This document shows, piece after piece, positions 13,972 to 14,453 of a DNA stretch of 14,453 nt (the first letter of the stretch is position 1; each line of letters starts with the position of its first letter). Below the pieces are notes generated by a model that saw nothing but the letters and a program-made list of their open reading frames with translations, ran no database searches and was not told the origin of the DNA. Position numbers and translations under genes: made by a program. Location: assembly GCA_964394545.1 (NCBI GenBank), contig CAYMXX010000017.1, positions 1 through 14,453 of the forward strand, written 5' to 3'. The stretch comes from an uncultured Clostridium sp. Its GTDB lineage: Bacteria > Bacillota > Clostridia > TANB77 > CAG-508.

Positions 13972-14270
13972 AGTGACCTCCTAAAGTTTAAATATTTTTT
14001 AATTTTAATTTTGAACCCTGTGAATTGCGAAAAAGTTTAAGATTTACTAAAGAATAGATAGAATAAAAAGTAATAAAAATATTAATAATAAAAGATATAA
14101 AAAAAATATGAATTAAATTGCTAAATAAAACCACCACCTTTTACATTTTTTACCATAATAATATATAATTTTAAATTTGTCTATACTTTTTTTAAAAAAT
14201 ATGTTAAAATTTTTTAAGAAAGTGAATAACGATGTTCATAAGTGTTAAGAATTTTTAAGGAGGAAATAAT

Positions 14271-14453
14271 ATGATAGAGAAAACAACAAAAATTGGAGAA
14301 TTACTAGAAACAGCACCAGAAAAAGCAAATATATTATTAGAAGCAGGAATGCACTGCCTAGGATGCCCAGCATCACAAGGAGAAACGTTAGAAGAGGCTT
14401 GTGCAGTACATGGAATAGATGTAGAAACATTATTAGAAAAGCTAAATTCATAA
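14271..14453 (+). CDS. DUF1858-type small redox-disulfide protein (hybrid-cluster-protein-associated family)
   Basis: The 60-aa protein contains IGELLETAPEKANILLEAGMHCLGCPASQGETLEEAC..HGID, the characteristic CxxC-containing DUF1858 pattern. A strong RBS aaggagg precedes ATG 14271. The stop is at the window end. Confidence 0.7.
   Translation: MIEKTTKIGELLETAPEKANILLEAGMHCLGCPASQGETLEEACAVHGIDVETLLEKLNS

Noticed and set aside
14245-14451. Minus-strand 68-aa hydrophobic ORF overlapping the DUF1858 gene
   Set aside because: The plus-strand frame has a strong AAGGAGG RBS and the conserved CLGCP motif. The antisense frame is L/F-rich with no signals.

Overview
Very AT-rich, standard-code bacterial DNA with Firmicutes/Clostridia-like gene content. 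A housekeeping core sits in the middle: gyrA with its own sigma-A-type promoter, ileS behind an Ile T-box leader, and a convergent DnaD/DnaB-like plus DnaC/DnaI-like replication-initiation pair. Pieces of a conjugation-type type IV secretion system (T4SS) bracket this core on opposite strands. The left block (+ strand) has the 3' end of a VirB4-like ATPase, a pseudo-receiver/ParA-MinD fusion resembling TadZ/CpaE, a 243-aa unknown protein and a small PBECR-like putative nuclease. The right block (- strand) has a VirD4/TraG-type coupling protein broken by two frameshifts, then VirB2/TrbC-like, VirB6/TrbL-like and VirB3/TcpE-like membrane proteins. This block stops exactly where a virB4 gene would be expected. 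A near-consensus promoter plus intrinsic terminator with no ORF between them (2786-2945) suggests a small RNA. A small DUF1858-type redox protein ends the window. No tRNA, rRNA, CRISPR array, transposase or integrase was recognised. All functional calls rest on motifs read by eye in the translations, not on database searches.
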